Source: Octopus bimaculoides (Eukaryota). Taken from it: a DNA stretch of 64,000 bases. The translations under genes and the position numbers were made by a program. Positions 34,526 through 46,696 of this stretch are shown here, piece by piece. The stretch is from positions 146,233,829 through 146,297,828 of the forward strand of contig NC_068984.1 of the NCBI RefSeq assembly GCF_001194135.2, read 5' to 3'. The notes under the pieces are model-generated. The model was not told the origin of the DNA and did not search any database. It saw only the letters and a program-made list of their open reading frames with translations. Each line of letters starts with the position of its first letter. Positions within the stretch are counted from its first letter, which is position 1.

Positions 34526-36791
34526 TATACATATTACACATTTAGTAAAACTTATGTAATAATGCTAATGGTAATAACAACAAGCATAATATTGCATCCA
34601 TTTGGCAGCTATACATAAAGTATATGCTGAGCAATGCCTAAGCAGTTGTGTTTTGAATATAAATGAATTTGGTGACAAACGGGAAAGTCGTTGCGGACAT
34701 CTCGGTGGAAATAGTGCTGGTTATGGAAAAATAACCTATCCACCAAAAGAGTTATGGAAGACCGCACAGACAAAAATTAATATGGTATCAGACTAGTTGT
34801 GCACATCAATAGATTTTCATTTTAGCTTGGGGGCATATAAGAAAGGTATATTACAATAGTAAAGATAGTACAACAGAATTTTTTTTTTAAAAATGAAGAA
34901 AGCTACAAATTAAAATAATCATATCCCTGTCTCTCTCATCACTGACCCAATGTAAGAGATGAGGTGGAACCGTCTGTAGCCGATACCCTCACTCCACCCT
35001 TTCTGTACTGCCAGTCATCACTCATTCTCTCCAGGGCCATTTCTGTGTGTCATCCATCAATTCCACCTTTCCTATTATCTATTACACCTGAACCCCTGCA
35101 ATCTATGATCATATTCGTATGTATTTCACTCATCCATACTTGCCATTTTTAATCATTGTCTTAGAGTAGTCGTCATTATCATTGTTTTAACATCCACTTT
35201 TCTATGCTTGCAGGAGTCAGAGCTTACTGAGACAAACTTTCTACGGCCAGATGCTCTTCCTGTCACCAACTCTTACCGTTTGCCAAGTAAGGTAACATTT
35301 CCCCATGGCCAAATATGTTTTCATAGAATATGACAATCATGTGACACCAAGAGAAGGCAACACACGATAGGCTTCTTTTAGTTTCTGTCAACCAAATCCA
35401 CTGAAAAAGTCTTGGTAGGCCCAGCAGTAGAAGACCCCCCCCCCCCCAGGCACTGGTACCTAATAACAAACGGTCCAGACAACTCATGTCACCAGCGAAA
35501 GCAGCAGATGTAAAAGATTGTAGACATGGGTATAAAAATCCATTCATAACGAGGAAAAGATTCACTAATTAAACAGAAAGTGACACTCTCCTTATCTTTA
35601 AATTACAAACAACAACAAAAAAATTCTATTTGGTAAAAAAGTATTTTAAAAATAAATACAATGATTTATAGGTTCAGGTGTGGACTTGTGGTTAAGAAAC
35701 TTGCTTCCCAACCATGTGGTCTTGGGTTCAGGACCACTGCACAACTCTTTGGGCAAGTGTCTTCCACTATAGCCCTGGCCCAACCAAAGCCTTGTGAGTG
35801 AATCTGGTTGATGGAAACTGAAAGAAGCCTGTTGTATGTGTGCATGCTCTTGTCTAGGCATCATGCGATGACTGTAAATGAGCATCATGATCATTATACA
35901 AGTGAGGTCTTCATTATCAGTCTTCCATAAAAAAACATGTTTGGCCATGGGAAATATTATCCTGTTTGGAAACAGGTCACAGTTGGTAACAGAAAGGTCA
36001 CCCAACCTGTAGAGAAATCTGCTTCAGCAATTCTGTCCCACTCATGCAAGTATAAATAATTACTTCATACTTTTCTCATAGGCAGCCCATTCCGTATATC
36101 TATTCTTGCAGAATACACATTGAGACACTAAACTGTTTCTATAGAACTCCTCCTGGAAACCATTTGTATATTTTTCCTGTTATTTCCAGCACACCGTCTT
36201 ACAACAATCAATATCTTAGAGAAGGCGGTGAGATAGCAGAAACATTACTGTACCAGGCAAAATGCTTGGTGGCATTTCAAGTTCCACCAAGGACAACTTG
36301 GCCTTTCATCCTTCTGGGGTTGATAAAATAAGTACCAGTTGTGAACTGGTGTTAATGTAATTGACTATCCCTCTCCCCTGAATTGTGGGCCTTGTCCCAA
36401 TATCTTGTAGAAGATTCAGACACGATGTTCTAACAGACTATATCACACCTCCTGACAGTTATTCTTTTAGTTATATTCCATGTGCCCTCAACTGGATAGT
36501 AACATTTTTAGAATTCTAGCTCCCATTTTGTTTGAAGAATAGAATGCCTCCTTACTATCATTGTTGTTGTTGTTGTTGTAGTCCCATGCTGGCATGGGTT
36601 GGACGGTTTAATAGGAGCCAACCACCCAGATGTCTGCTTTGTCATGGTTTCTTAACTCCAACCACTTCCCAGTGTACTGGATACCTTTTACGTAACCCCT
36701 GATCCTAGTGAGGCTACCAAGTAACTCACAAATGCATCCCATCTATAATCCATCATGCAGTTTGCTGCAGTCACTTCTCCATTCAAACTGG

Positions 36792-36828
<37 letters not shown>

Positions 36829-39588
36829 AAATTAACTGTCATGGGTTTTGTTTTTGCAACAACTACTTGTTCCGTATTCTCATGAGTCAGACATGAGAGT
36901 AGAGCCTTCCACAGCAAGATGCCCTTCCCGTTTCCAAGCAGGAGAGCAATAATGTCCCAGTCTATCAAACACACAGGTTTATATGTGGAGAACTGGAAAC
37001 AAATGACTGTCTGAATGAGCCAAAACATGTCAAGAAGCCCAGGCATGCTGTTGCGGAGGGGCTTTTGCCATTGGAATACCATTGATTACAAATCAGTGAA
37101 TGCAAGGGGAAACATCATGAACTCACTCACACACACAATAAGTACATCTATAGACAACAGGGCTTCTACACAGCTCCCACCTACCAAGTCCACTTGTAAG
37201 GCATTGTGATTCAGGGCTTCAATAGAATTCCCTTTCCAAGGTGCCAATCAATGGGACTGAACCCAAAACCATGTGATAAGGAAACAAACTTCTTAAACCA
37301 CATAGCCATGCCTGCTCCATTAACAAAATAAGATACATCATCTTTTAACATCTGTTTCCCATGCTGGCATGGGTTGGAGAGTTTGGCCAGAGCTGGCAAG
37401 TCAGAGAGCTGCATCAGATTCCAGTCAGATCTGACTCGGTTTCTACGGCTGGATGCCCTTCCTGACGCCAACCATTTAACAGTGTGTGCTGGGTGCTTTT
37501 AATGTGCCACTGGCACAAGCACTTTTACATGGCAAAAATAAAAACCAACACCAAGACATACTAAATATTTTACCTCCTGAAAGTTCATGTTATCACAAAG
37601 ACAACAACATGGTTTACATAAGAAAACGCAATTGGGTTGGTAAGCTAGGAAGGTGGTGGATTGGGCATGAAACCTGGGGGTTATGGTTAATCTCTTTTGC
37701 AGCTAGATACCACAACCATTTCAATGAGCAAACCTATTACCAACTATAGGAGTAATATAAAACTTAGATTAACTTACTGGGGTTGCTTTCCGCTTGGTTG
37801 CTAATTTACCCAAAGCATTGTTGACTACAGCCTGTGTAATGGGGTCCATTTCTTCCTCATCTTTGCCACGAAATCCTCTACCTGAGCAAGAAAAATAACA
37901 GCTATTACAGCCATCCATACAGCATGTCATTTCAAACAACCATTACCTTTAATTGTAATATATAATCTGGTCTGGTTTCAATGCAATCACCAAGAGAAAA
38001 TCCTCTCCAAACACAGGAACATGGAACTTGGCAGTCGACTGAATGATTACATACACAAAACCGATAAATTGCAGCATTTACAAACACAAGTTCATCAGAA
38101 AAGAGAAAATAAACACAAACACACACAGAACTTGTATACTGAAACTATGAGTCTGTGGAAAGGACAAAAAAAAAAAACAACCCTTTGATGTCACTTTCAG
38201 CAGCCTTGTCTTTCATTTGTACTAATGGTACAAACTCCTGCCATTTATCATCATCAGCCAAGTGCTCCCTCTGTGTCCATTTTATACGAACAGTAAGCAT
38301 ATATATATATATATATATATATCATCATCATCATCATCATCATCATCGTTTAACGTCCGCTTTCCATGCTAGCATGGGTTGGACGATTTGACTGAGGACT
38401 GGTGCAACCGGATGGCAACACCAGGCTCCAATCTAATTAGGCAGAGTTTCTACAGCTCGATGCCCTTCCTAACGCCAACCACTCAGAGAGTGTAGTGGGT
38501 GCTTTTAAGTGTCACCTGCACGAAAACGGCCACGCTCGAAATGGTGTCTTTTATGTGCCACCCATATATATATATATATATATATATACATGGGACATTC
38601 TGGCACAGCAGTTTTGGCACCTATTTGCCATCACTGATTCAACTTATTTGATATCAAATGCTTTACTATCCTTCTCACTCTCTCCCCACCTTCCTATGTT
38701 TATGCGTGTGAACAACTAAAGTTTTACGTATGCAATGCCTGTCCCACTTTCACTAGTTATGCCCATGCAAGTGTTTATTTGCCTCTAAAGCCAGCATGTG
38801 CTGCTTGCTTGCCAAAACAGGCAGACTGTCCAGTCAGCTGTGCCAAATCGTCAGCGTCCAACCAGCAGCCCCTAACTGTCTCATACTATAAACATTAAAC
38901 AGAGCAGATTTTATAACAAGGTATTTTTTTTTCTCCATAAAGTTAAAGATAAATTTTAAACCATCTCTCGGGGAAGATAGATTATTTTTGCAAAGAAGAA
39001 TTCATAACTGCTTTCCCACAAACTCAACTTTCTGATCCCTAAACTGGAATTGGCTCAGAAATGGTTTGGTCATAATGATGATCTCTTCAATATGTTATAA
39101 ATTGATCCAATACCTGGTGATTGCCTGCTCATGCTTCTGTTATATAATATATATATATATATATAATTTATATAAGGGCATTAACTATATAGTAATGCCT
39201 CACGCTTAGAGGGACTAAATAAGTCAAAAACTACCAAAAAACATATTGAAAGCTGCATTTCCTTGCTTTCGGTAAATATGTTGCTTATTTTTTGGTAGTT
39301 TTTGACTTATTTAGTCCCTCTAAGCGTGAGGNNNNNNNNNNNNNNNNNNNNNNNNNNNNNNNNNNNNNNNNNNNNNNNNNNNNNNNNNNNNNNNNNNNNN
39401 NNNNNNNNNNNNNNNNNNNNNNNNNNNNNNNNNNNNNNNNNNNNNNNNNNNNNNNNGAGGCATTACTATATAGTTAATGCCCTTATATAAATTATATATA
39501 TTTACGAAAAAAATTATGAGTTTTTTTCATTATGAGGTTTTTTCACGCTGACTACTTGATAAATTCTTATAAAGATTTTATCCTATAT

Positions 39589-39640
<52 letters not shown>

Positions 39641-40272
39641 ATATATATATATATATATTGCACCAAACTCAACACATGGTAAACTTAAACTCAGATGTTT
39701 CAATTCTGAGTAGTGTAAATAAGATGAATAATGACAGTGCACACAATTAGATTTAGTAATTAAAAGGATTAATCAACTTTAATAAATTGTTTCAGAATAA
39801 TGCAATTTGTGCTGTTCCAATAACAGTTTTATCACAACTACTTTATATTTTAATAAAAAAATTTTTTTAGCTAATTTATAAAACAAAAACAAAAAAAAAA
39901 ATACATATGCTGTATGATGATGAAATTGCATTTCTAATTTAGAGCTAAATTTTGCTACAAAATTTCTTGCTCTTCCTATTCAAACTTAATGTCAGCTTTG
40001 GCCTGCAGCCAAGGTCTTCCAGTTAAAATATGCTATTATTAACAAATCTCTATTACATATTGAAAAAATTACTTTAATTGTTTACTTATTAAATTTGATA
40101 TCTAAAAGCACTTCAACAACCCACCTGCTTCATCAGCCGGTAAATCTGAACGCATTTTGCGTAAATGTGTTTTCCCTGTTCGATGCTGCACCAATTGTAC
40201 CTCCGAGTTCACAGTAACATCGCATACCTCGCACCGATACGAACCAGTATTTTTCTTTGGAAAGAAATCCAT
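30618..40272 (-). CDS. ZNF385: ZNF385-family matrin/U1-type C2H2 zinc-finger protein; join(40272..40125,37881..37778,32752..32602,30709..30618), 164 aa
   Basis: Predicted protein MDFFPKKNTGSYRCEVCDVTVNSEVQLVQHRTGKTHLRKMRSDLPADEAGRGFRGKDEEEMDPITQAVVNNALGKLATKRKATPVTCSHCNRTFNSEAQAAQHYNGLRHAKKVKMVENTKNMETDEDSPDRDTNGNKHGNKMQKLDGKCLDDKDGDSLECKDDD*. It has two C-x2-C-x12-H-x5-H fingers. MDPITQAVVNNALG followed by a finger ending GLRHAKKVK matches the recalled ZNF385 N-terminal signature (MDP(I/V)QKAVINHTFG...H(Y)KG.KHAKKLK). All splice sites are GT-AG and phases match (1,0,1). Confidence 0.85.
32602..32752 (-). CDS. ZNF385: ZNF385-like coding exon 3 (finger 2)
   Basis: gtctcttgcag|GTAACT...ACTAATG|gtgagc; 151 nt; VTCSHCNRTFNSEAQAAQHYNGLRHAKKVK... 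Confidence 0.9.
35180..35420 (-). mobile_element. SINE (tail family), minus
   Basis: ttttaacatccacttttctatgcttgca...gatgctcttcctgtcaccaac...ccccatggccaaatatg. Confidence 0.7.
35670..36050 (+). mobile_element. tRNA-headed SINE, plus; inverted partner of 35180-35420
   Basis: gtggttaagaaacttgcttcccaacc head, ttgggcaagtgtcttccactatagccc core, ggccatgggaaatattatcctgtttggaaacagg tail. Confidence 0.8.
36222..36410 (+). mobile_element. tRNA-headed SINE of a second core family (gataaaataagtaccagttg)
   Basis: ggcggtgagatagcagaaac head; gcctttcatccttctggggttgataaaataagtaccagttg core; a related reverse copy lies at ~55990-56135. Confidence 0.7.
37778..37881 (-). CDS. ZNF385: ZNF385-like coding exon 2
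   Basis: tttttcttgctcag|GTAGAG...ACCCCA|gtaagt; 104 nt; (G)RGFRGKDEEEMDPITQAVVNNALGKLATKRKATP. Not in the ORF track. Confidence 0.9.
38322..38562 (-). mobile_element. RTE-type 3' UTR copy (young)
   Basis: (cat)n-cgtttaacgtccgctttccatgctagcatgggttggacg...cctaacgccaaccactc; nearly identical to 13571-13760. Confidence 0.9.
39157..39501. repeat. Perfect 85-bp-arm inverted repeat interrupted by a 125-N gap
   Basis: 39157-39241 is the exact reverse complement of 39288-39331 + 39461-39501 once the GAGG repeated on both sides of the N gap (39332-39456) is collapsed; the spacer is 46 bp. Confidence 0.85.
40125..40272 (-). CDS. ZNF385: ZNF385-like coding exon 1 (finger 1); the exon starts at 40288
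   Basis: ggttgtttgcag|G at 40288, ATG at 40272, donor GCAG|gtgggt; YRCEVCDVTVNSEVQLVQHRTGKTHLRKM. Whether this ATG is the true start depends on the upstream exon used. Confidence 0.85.
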
Positions 40273-41609
40273 GTCTTTGATAACCACCCTGCAAACAACC
40301 GATACAAGTCAACATATTTTTAAAAAGTCACATGTATGCTTTCGAAACTAGTCTTTAAACTTGAAAGAAAATACATTATTCTGACAAAATCATTTGGAAG
40401 TATTGTTGAACCACTAGATATACAAACATTCTTAATTTAAAGCCATGGTCTTAATACATGGGTACAGTATATGTAGATTTTTTATAACATAACTTTCATT
40501 GTAAAACACCTCTAAGAATAATTATTAAATTATAATTGGGTTAATACAAGACAGAAAATTTCCTTAATTACAACAATTATGAATTCACTCAGCAACCAGA
40601 TGAATAGTGTTATATTTCCAAACTCCTTTCAGTGACTTTCCAAAATACATACAAATATTATTGTACATGATTAAGTAAATTTTGTTTTTGTTTTTACTTA
40701 TTCGTACATTCACTAAAATCTCACCCCCATGACAAAAGAATACATAATTTTAAAATGCATCAATGATTTTTCTGTAACTCAATGTCCAGTTTTTACAAAA
40801 TTTAAGAACTAAATTATGCTATACCTGGTAGTCATAGATTTAGTCCAGCATTCTGACTACTTTTTCAATTTAATTGTCACTCGCCCTGTCTGATCCTCTG
40901 TGCCACTTATACATACACGTGTGTGTGTGTGTGTGTATATAAAACACATGCACACAACTTCCAGTACTCTTAAGGTACACCCTGACACATCTTCACTTCC
41001 ATCTCTCTTTTCCAGCAAGGGTAGCCACGTATCTCCTCTACAACCAGACCCCCTCTCCTCTTCCTGTCCCTTAATCATACTTTAACCTTTTATCACCTGG
41101 CACAAAGCCATCTCTCTCAATTAAAGGGCAGAGAGGTGTAGAGTTCAAACAGCTAAAACCAATACAAATTAAATACCACAGATTGTAAGATACTTTACCG
41201 AAAAGATTTTCTCCTAAAAGTTGCTGGAAGGAAAATGTTTACAGCTAGACAAGAGAAGAAACTTGTCTTATATAAAGCCCTACCTTCTCAGTAAGTCATC
41301 AACAGTCTTCCCACCAGTTTAGTTAGTTGATACCTCTTTACAACCTGAAATAATTCAAGACTTCTTATTAATATCTATTCATGCTGTTGTTCTATTTACT
41401 AGGCAATATTCTAGTTTTCTATTGCTATTCTAATCACATGCATACAAACAACGTAAAGATATAAAATGCTTTCACTTGGTGTCTCTTTTAATTCTATATT
41501 CTTAGAGATTCTATACATTCTTCTATAAACATATGTTGGAGGGGAAGATGTTACATGGCACAGGATTGTAATTAATGCAAGGTTTAGTAAAATGGAATTA
41601 CCAAAATTG

Positions 41610-41935
41610 AATCTTTATTTTGCTTCAATCATTGGATTGCAGCTATCCTGGGGGTACTGCCTTGAACATTGCTTATTCTATCAGCCTCTTCCACCAAACC
41701 TAAACTAAGATATGGGGACATAAACAGACCAACACCAGCTGTCAAACATTAAGGTGAGGAAACAAACACAGACACATCTACACAACAGGCTTCCACACAG
41801 TTTCTGTCTATGAAATTCACTCCCAAGGCATTGGTTGGCTTGGGGTCACCAAAGACACTTACCCAAGGTGCCATTACGAGGGACTGGACCTAAAACCACA
41901 TGGTTACAAAGCTAGCTTCTTGAACCATGCAGTCA
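41610..41935 (-). mobile_element. tRNA-headed SINE, minus
   Basis: ttcaatcattggattgcagc...cttattctatcagcctctt...gggactggacctaaaaccacatgg; reverse of the 49611 family. Confidence 0.7.
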
Positions 41936-42344
41936 TGCATGAGAGATCTCAAAAAAAGCAATGATCCATATGGGTATAAAGGTTCAAGATCCAACAAAAC
42001 TATTAATATCGAGGGGCAAGATTAAATATCTATCACAACATTTTTAGAGATGAACTGAAGCCACAAATAATAAATAGGAAGACAAAAACTCAACAAGTGG
42101 ACACAAAGTCCAGGTTACTGGGTCAGTAATGGTGGGGCAGAGTTTAAACAACACATTGAGAGAGATTCGATGGAACTCAAAGGCATGAGAATATTTTTGA
42201 GTACATTTGTGAGAGGAGGAAGGACTTATAACGCTTTTCAGAAACTCAAGATTGGTGGGCAGAAGTAATGTTAGCAACACCCTGCATTCAAATGCTGGTG
42301 ATAAACCATTTGACAAATTAAGTCAACAATCCGAGTGAAATCGT

Positions 42345-42600
42345 AGTCATGGCCAATGCCAGTGCTGTCTGACTGCTACCCATGCTGGCGGCACGTAAAA
42401 AGCACCGCTCGAGCATTGGGCCTCATGGAGACAGTCCAACCAAGTGAGACCATAGTCATGGCCACTCTGTGAAGTGGTTGGCATTAAGAAGGGCATGCAG
42501 CCATAGAAACCATGCCGAATCAGACCGGAGCTTAGTGCAGCCTCCCAGCGGCTTACCAGTTTTCAGTTCAACACGGAAAACGGACATTAAATGACGATGA
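42345..42600 (+). mobile_element. RTE-type 3' UTR copy
   Basis: ggcggcacgtaaaaagcacc, gtggttggcattaagaagggcatgcagcc, gacattaaatgacgatg tail. Confidence 0.8.
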
Positions 42601-43060
42601 TTATGAAAAATCCAAAAAAAAAAAAAAAAGGAACCTTTGTAAGAAATTTCACATTGTGCCACATATCATCATCATCATCATTTAACATCAATTACCCTCA
42701 ACAATTACATGCACATTTGTAGAAATAGTGATGTCAGAAAGACCCAGCAACATTGAAACTAGCAGTGGAGAAAGAGAAAAAAAGCACTAAATACTTACTG
42801 GTTGAGAATTATAACAATTATTTCATTAAAGATTTGAGCATCTATTTGTTTACTGTAACGAAAAAATAAAAGTAATTCAATTGTTACACACACACACCAG
42901 GAGAAACTAATATCTGATTTAATTCTTGATTGCTTTTCTTCTCCTAAGTTTAAATAAAACATCACCACATCAGTGATTGCCATAAACCTCACCATGTAAT
43001 AGAGGGGTGAGGAGGAGGTGGTCAATTGTCTCAACTCTAAAACAGTATTAAGTCTTTTAA

Positions 43061-43273
43061 CCCTTTTAATATCAAACCCACCCAAGACCAACTCTGGATT
43101 TATGATACAAACATTGTTTTAAAGCGATCTAAAAACTTTTACATCAAAACTTCATAATTTAGGTTCATAAGCTAGCTTGATAACAACAAAATTATTTTAC
43201 AAGATTCCTCATTATTTTCAAAATAAGTGAAACAAGGGCAGTGCATACCAATAGAAATATGTTAATGGAAGGA
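43061..43273. mobile_element. piggyBac-like MITE (decayed)
   Basis: TTAA|ccctttt start and ...gaagga|TTAA end; interior homologous to 46475-46696. Confidence 0.6.
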
Positions 43274-43277
43274 TTAA

Positions 43278-43887
43278 ACTAGCCATACCCGGCCTCTCAC
43301 ATCTACTCCACAATATTCTACAAATAAACAATTCCGACATTGAAATCTTGTTCACTTCAGATAATGCAAGAAAAAGCATTTTCATTGGAACACAACTCTA
43401 AATACTGTGAAATTTTCAATAGCAGAAGGTCTTTTTCAACATTTGAAGTAGAAATTGATTTTTTTGTGATCTGTAATTATCAATTTGGCTTCAACAAGTT
43501 GTAATTCCAACTTGGAAGGATTTACAAAGCAGAGAAGAAAAAGAACAGTGACTTGTCTTTGGCTGAATCAGATGTAAATGTTTCTAAATTCGTCTGACAA
43601 GGAAGAAAGTTTTGAGAACAAAAGTGATGAAGATCTTCAGGATGCCATTCAAAATGTTAGAGTGACATCGTCAAACAATGCAACAGCAATATATATCCTT
43701 GATTGGACAGAAAATATGTAATTCTGAATCATTGGTATTTATACTAAACTACAATTTTGCACATAGAAAATAAAGTTACAAACATTGTTGATACCCCCCC
43801 CCTACCGCCTCTTGAGCGTGATTAATTCAAAACTATGTGAATAAATTAAGCATCACATTTGTCAGAAGAACGTAAATGCTAAAGGGT
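43278..43887 (+). mobile_element. piggyBac-like internally deleted element
   Basis: Ends gaacgtaaatgctaaagggt (piggyBac-type terminus). The internal acidic segment SSDKEESFENKSDEDLQDAIQN...DWT resembles a transposase N-terminus (weak). Confidence 0.4.
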
Positions 43888-44034
43888 CCGACATAAGGAA
43901 ATGTCAACGGAGAGACAAATATTAATACATTTGTTTACTCTCTGCAAATATGTTCGTTTTCTAATCATTACAACTTAGCCATAAATATCGAAACTAACTG
44001 ACATACTGTTTTGTCAAAGTTTTCACCTGTGTTC

Positions 44035-44375
44035 AGTCCAGCTGTGTGACACCTTGGGAAAATGTTTTCTACTAAAGTTTCAGGTCAACCAAAGTCTTGA
44101 GAAATGGATTTGGCCAATGGAAACTGAAAGAAGCCTATTATGCGTGTGTGTGCGCGCGTTTCCTTGCCTTGATACTGTATCACTGTCATACGAGTGGTGG
44201 CTGTTTCCAGTCATCCAAGACATGTCTGATCACAGGGGAATATTACCTTTCATGGAAACTGATGAAGGTTGGCAACAGAAAGGGCATCTGGCTGTAGAAG
44301 AAACACAACAAATTCCATCTGACTCATGCAAGCATGGAAAAAGTGAATGTGAAAATGATGATGATAATGATGGTG
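44035..44375 (+). mobile_element. SINE (tail family)
   Basis: gacaccttgggaaaatg core, ggttggcaacagaaagggcatc, catgcaagcatggaaaaagtg...atgatgat tail. Confidence 0.75.
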
Positions 44376-44465
44376 ATACCTTACTGAAGTGAAAGACCAT
44401 GACTAGCTAATCTGATACCAAATGCCACTTAACAATTTGATTTCAATTCAAATACGAAAACTTAC

Positions 44466-44531
44466 CTCAATGACTGTTCCAAACTTCAAAACAATTTCTT
44501 TTGTGGACTTCCAATAAACTTTAATTCATGT
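44466..44531 (-). other. 66-nt non-coding (5' UTR or poison) exon of the ZNF385-like gene
   Basis: Long polypyrimidine acceptor cttctttttttttttttgttttttcag| and donor GAG|gtaagt; stops in all three frames; contains ATG-AAT-TAA (44529-44521). Confidence 0.65.
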
Positions 44532-46474
44532 CTGAAAAAACAAAAAAAAAAAAGAAGCCAAAATCATTTTCCAATTAATACACAGCATTGTTTTAATGTC
44601 TGCTTTTTCCATGGGTGAATTAGACAAGATCTACTGAGCACAGTCTGTTCACAGCCAGATATGCACATCCTGTCACCAAACCTTACTTATTTTCCTGGTC
44701 ATTCAAATAACTGTTGAAAGGCTGGGCATGTTTTACAGTAGATGTAAAAACAAGGGCACTACCTATACAGTAACATTGGTTTTTTATGCAGTACAAAATG
44801 CACTCACATTCACACACACACAACAGGCTTCCATAGTTTCCATTTACCAGGTAATGATCAGTCAAAAGTAGGAACAAACTTAAAACCATACGGTTTCTTA
44901 AATGAACCCTGTGCCTACATCTACAAAACAGTCTTGTGTTGTATGATGGTGGTTAGAAGGGATCTGCAAACCAGAAAGGGCTTCAAGAGGAAAAGGTTTG
45001 GGGAAAACATTTACTGTAAAACAACAGTGAGATAATGGTAAAAAAAAGCTTAAAGGATCTAATCTTCCAATTCAGTGTATGAATTCAGTTTGACAAAAGA
45101 GAATGATAGAATAAAAACTAGATGTAAAAATAAGTACAGGGGTTCATTTGTTCAATTGAACCATTCAAGGTGGTATCCCAACATAGTAGCAGTTCAATGA
45201 CCAAACCAAATTTTCAAGAAGAAAACCAAGGAATTTCTATGAATTGACAAACATTGGTGGTGATTATAATTTTATATTTACAGTGATGAACAAAGTACAT
45301 ATGAAATACCTGTACGAAGCATGTTTATGCTTGCAGGAATAAACTATTTGTAAAAGGGTCAATCATTGTCAGAATTTCAGGGACCCACTAACTGATGTCC
45401 CCACCAGTACCAAATAAAATATTTGGAAAAGTTGTAAACAAACTCAAAAACATGTGTCACAGATAATGACTATAACACTAAGTGGCTGGGAAGATTTTTA
45501 TATGGCATGAATTACACAAAAATTAGGTTTGAATCAAATTAAGTTGCATCCAACTGGCTTCCTTTAAACAGAATACCGGATCCAATGACATAGAAGATGC
45601 ATTTTCTGAAGTCTCAATAAAGTACTCAGGAATTTACATATGAAGCAGAGTTTGTTTTAAATGCACAAAAGTCTTTTCTTGCTGAATATACACCGTTGAA
45701 AGTGCATCAAACATGCTTATGCACCTTTCGTGACATCGCACATACAGAATACATAATACAGTGATCTTAGAGTGCTTGCGACTAATGATTAAAAGAGTAT
45801 TTCACTACAAAACCCATTCTACAAGCCAACAAGATGGTGGCTTGAACAGTTGAAAGTAACGTTGTCCAGATTTCACAATACCAATCTTTGAAAAAGACAC
45901 ATTAACTATCGTATTTGGAAAAGAAAAAAATTATTTCTTCACAAGTAGAAAAAAAGAAAGAAAGAAAATTCTGCATGTAAAAGATGGAAATTATTTAAAT
46001 ACTTTTGAACATACATCATCATCATCACCAATTCTCTCCTATTTAACATTTTCCCCATGGCCAGACATCTTTATTTGCAGAATATTGGAAATGTGTGACA
46101 CTAGTTTACAATGTCAAGACAAGACACACATGATAGGTTTCATTCAGTTTCCATCTACCAAATCCACTCACATGGTTTTGGTTGGCCTGGGGTTACAATA
46201 GACGACACTTGTCCAAGGTGCTATGTAAGGCGACTGAACCCATAACCATGTAGTTGGGAAGCAAACATCTTAACCACACAGCCATACCTGCAACAACATT
46301 TGTAGCAGTAAATGATAAACCAATTGTATTCCACCTAATATCACTTACAAAGGATATCAAGTTAGAACAAAACGTATATATGTAAATTCATTAATTGACT
46401 GTAATTAGATGAGCAAAAGGTCATCAGAGATCCAGATCAAAGGGGCAGGGCTGATTTTACATAGTTTCCATGAA

Positions 46475-46696
46475 CCTTTTCGTTACCAACCCGGCCAAAA
46501 CCTTCTCTGGCTCTGTAGTAAAAATGTCTTGTTTTCAAAAGTTCTGAATTAAAATCTTCCACCAAATTTAAGTTACAATTTATGTTCCTAACACTAGCTG
46601 AATGATAACTAAGTTATTTTACTAAATTCTTTGTTATATTTGAAATTAATTGAAAGAAACACAGAGCATCTCAACAGAAATACGGTAACGAAAGGC
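46475..46696. mobile_element. piggyBac-like MITE, 222 bp
   Basis: TIRs ccttttcgttacc / ggtaacgaaaggc, with TTAA on the right (46697-46700) and tgaa on the left; partial relatives at ~18209-18330 and ~47400-47580. Confidence 0.75.

Noticed and set aside
38760-38880. GC-richer island in the ZNF385-like intron as an extra coding exon
   Set aside because: In-frame stop in the required phase and no good donor; it may be a regulatory element but nothing supports a call.
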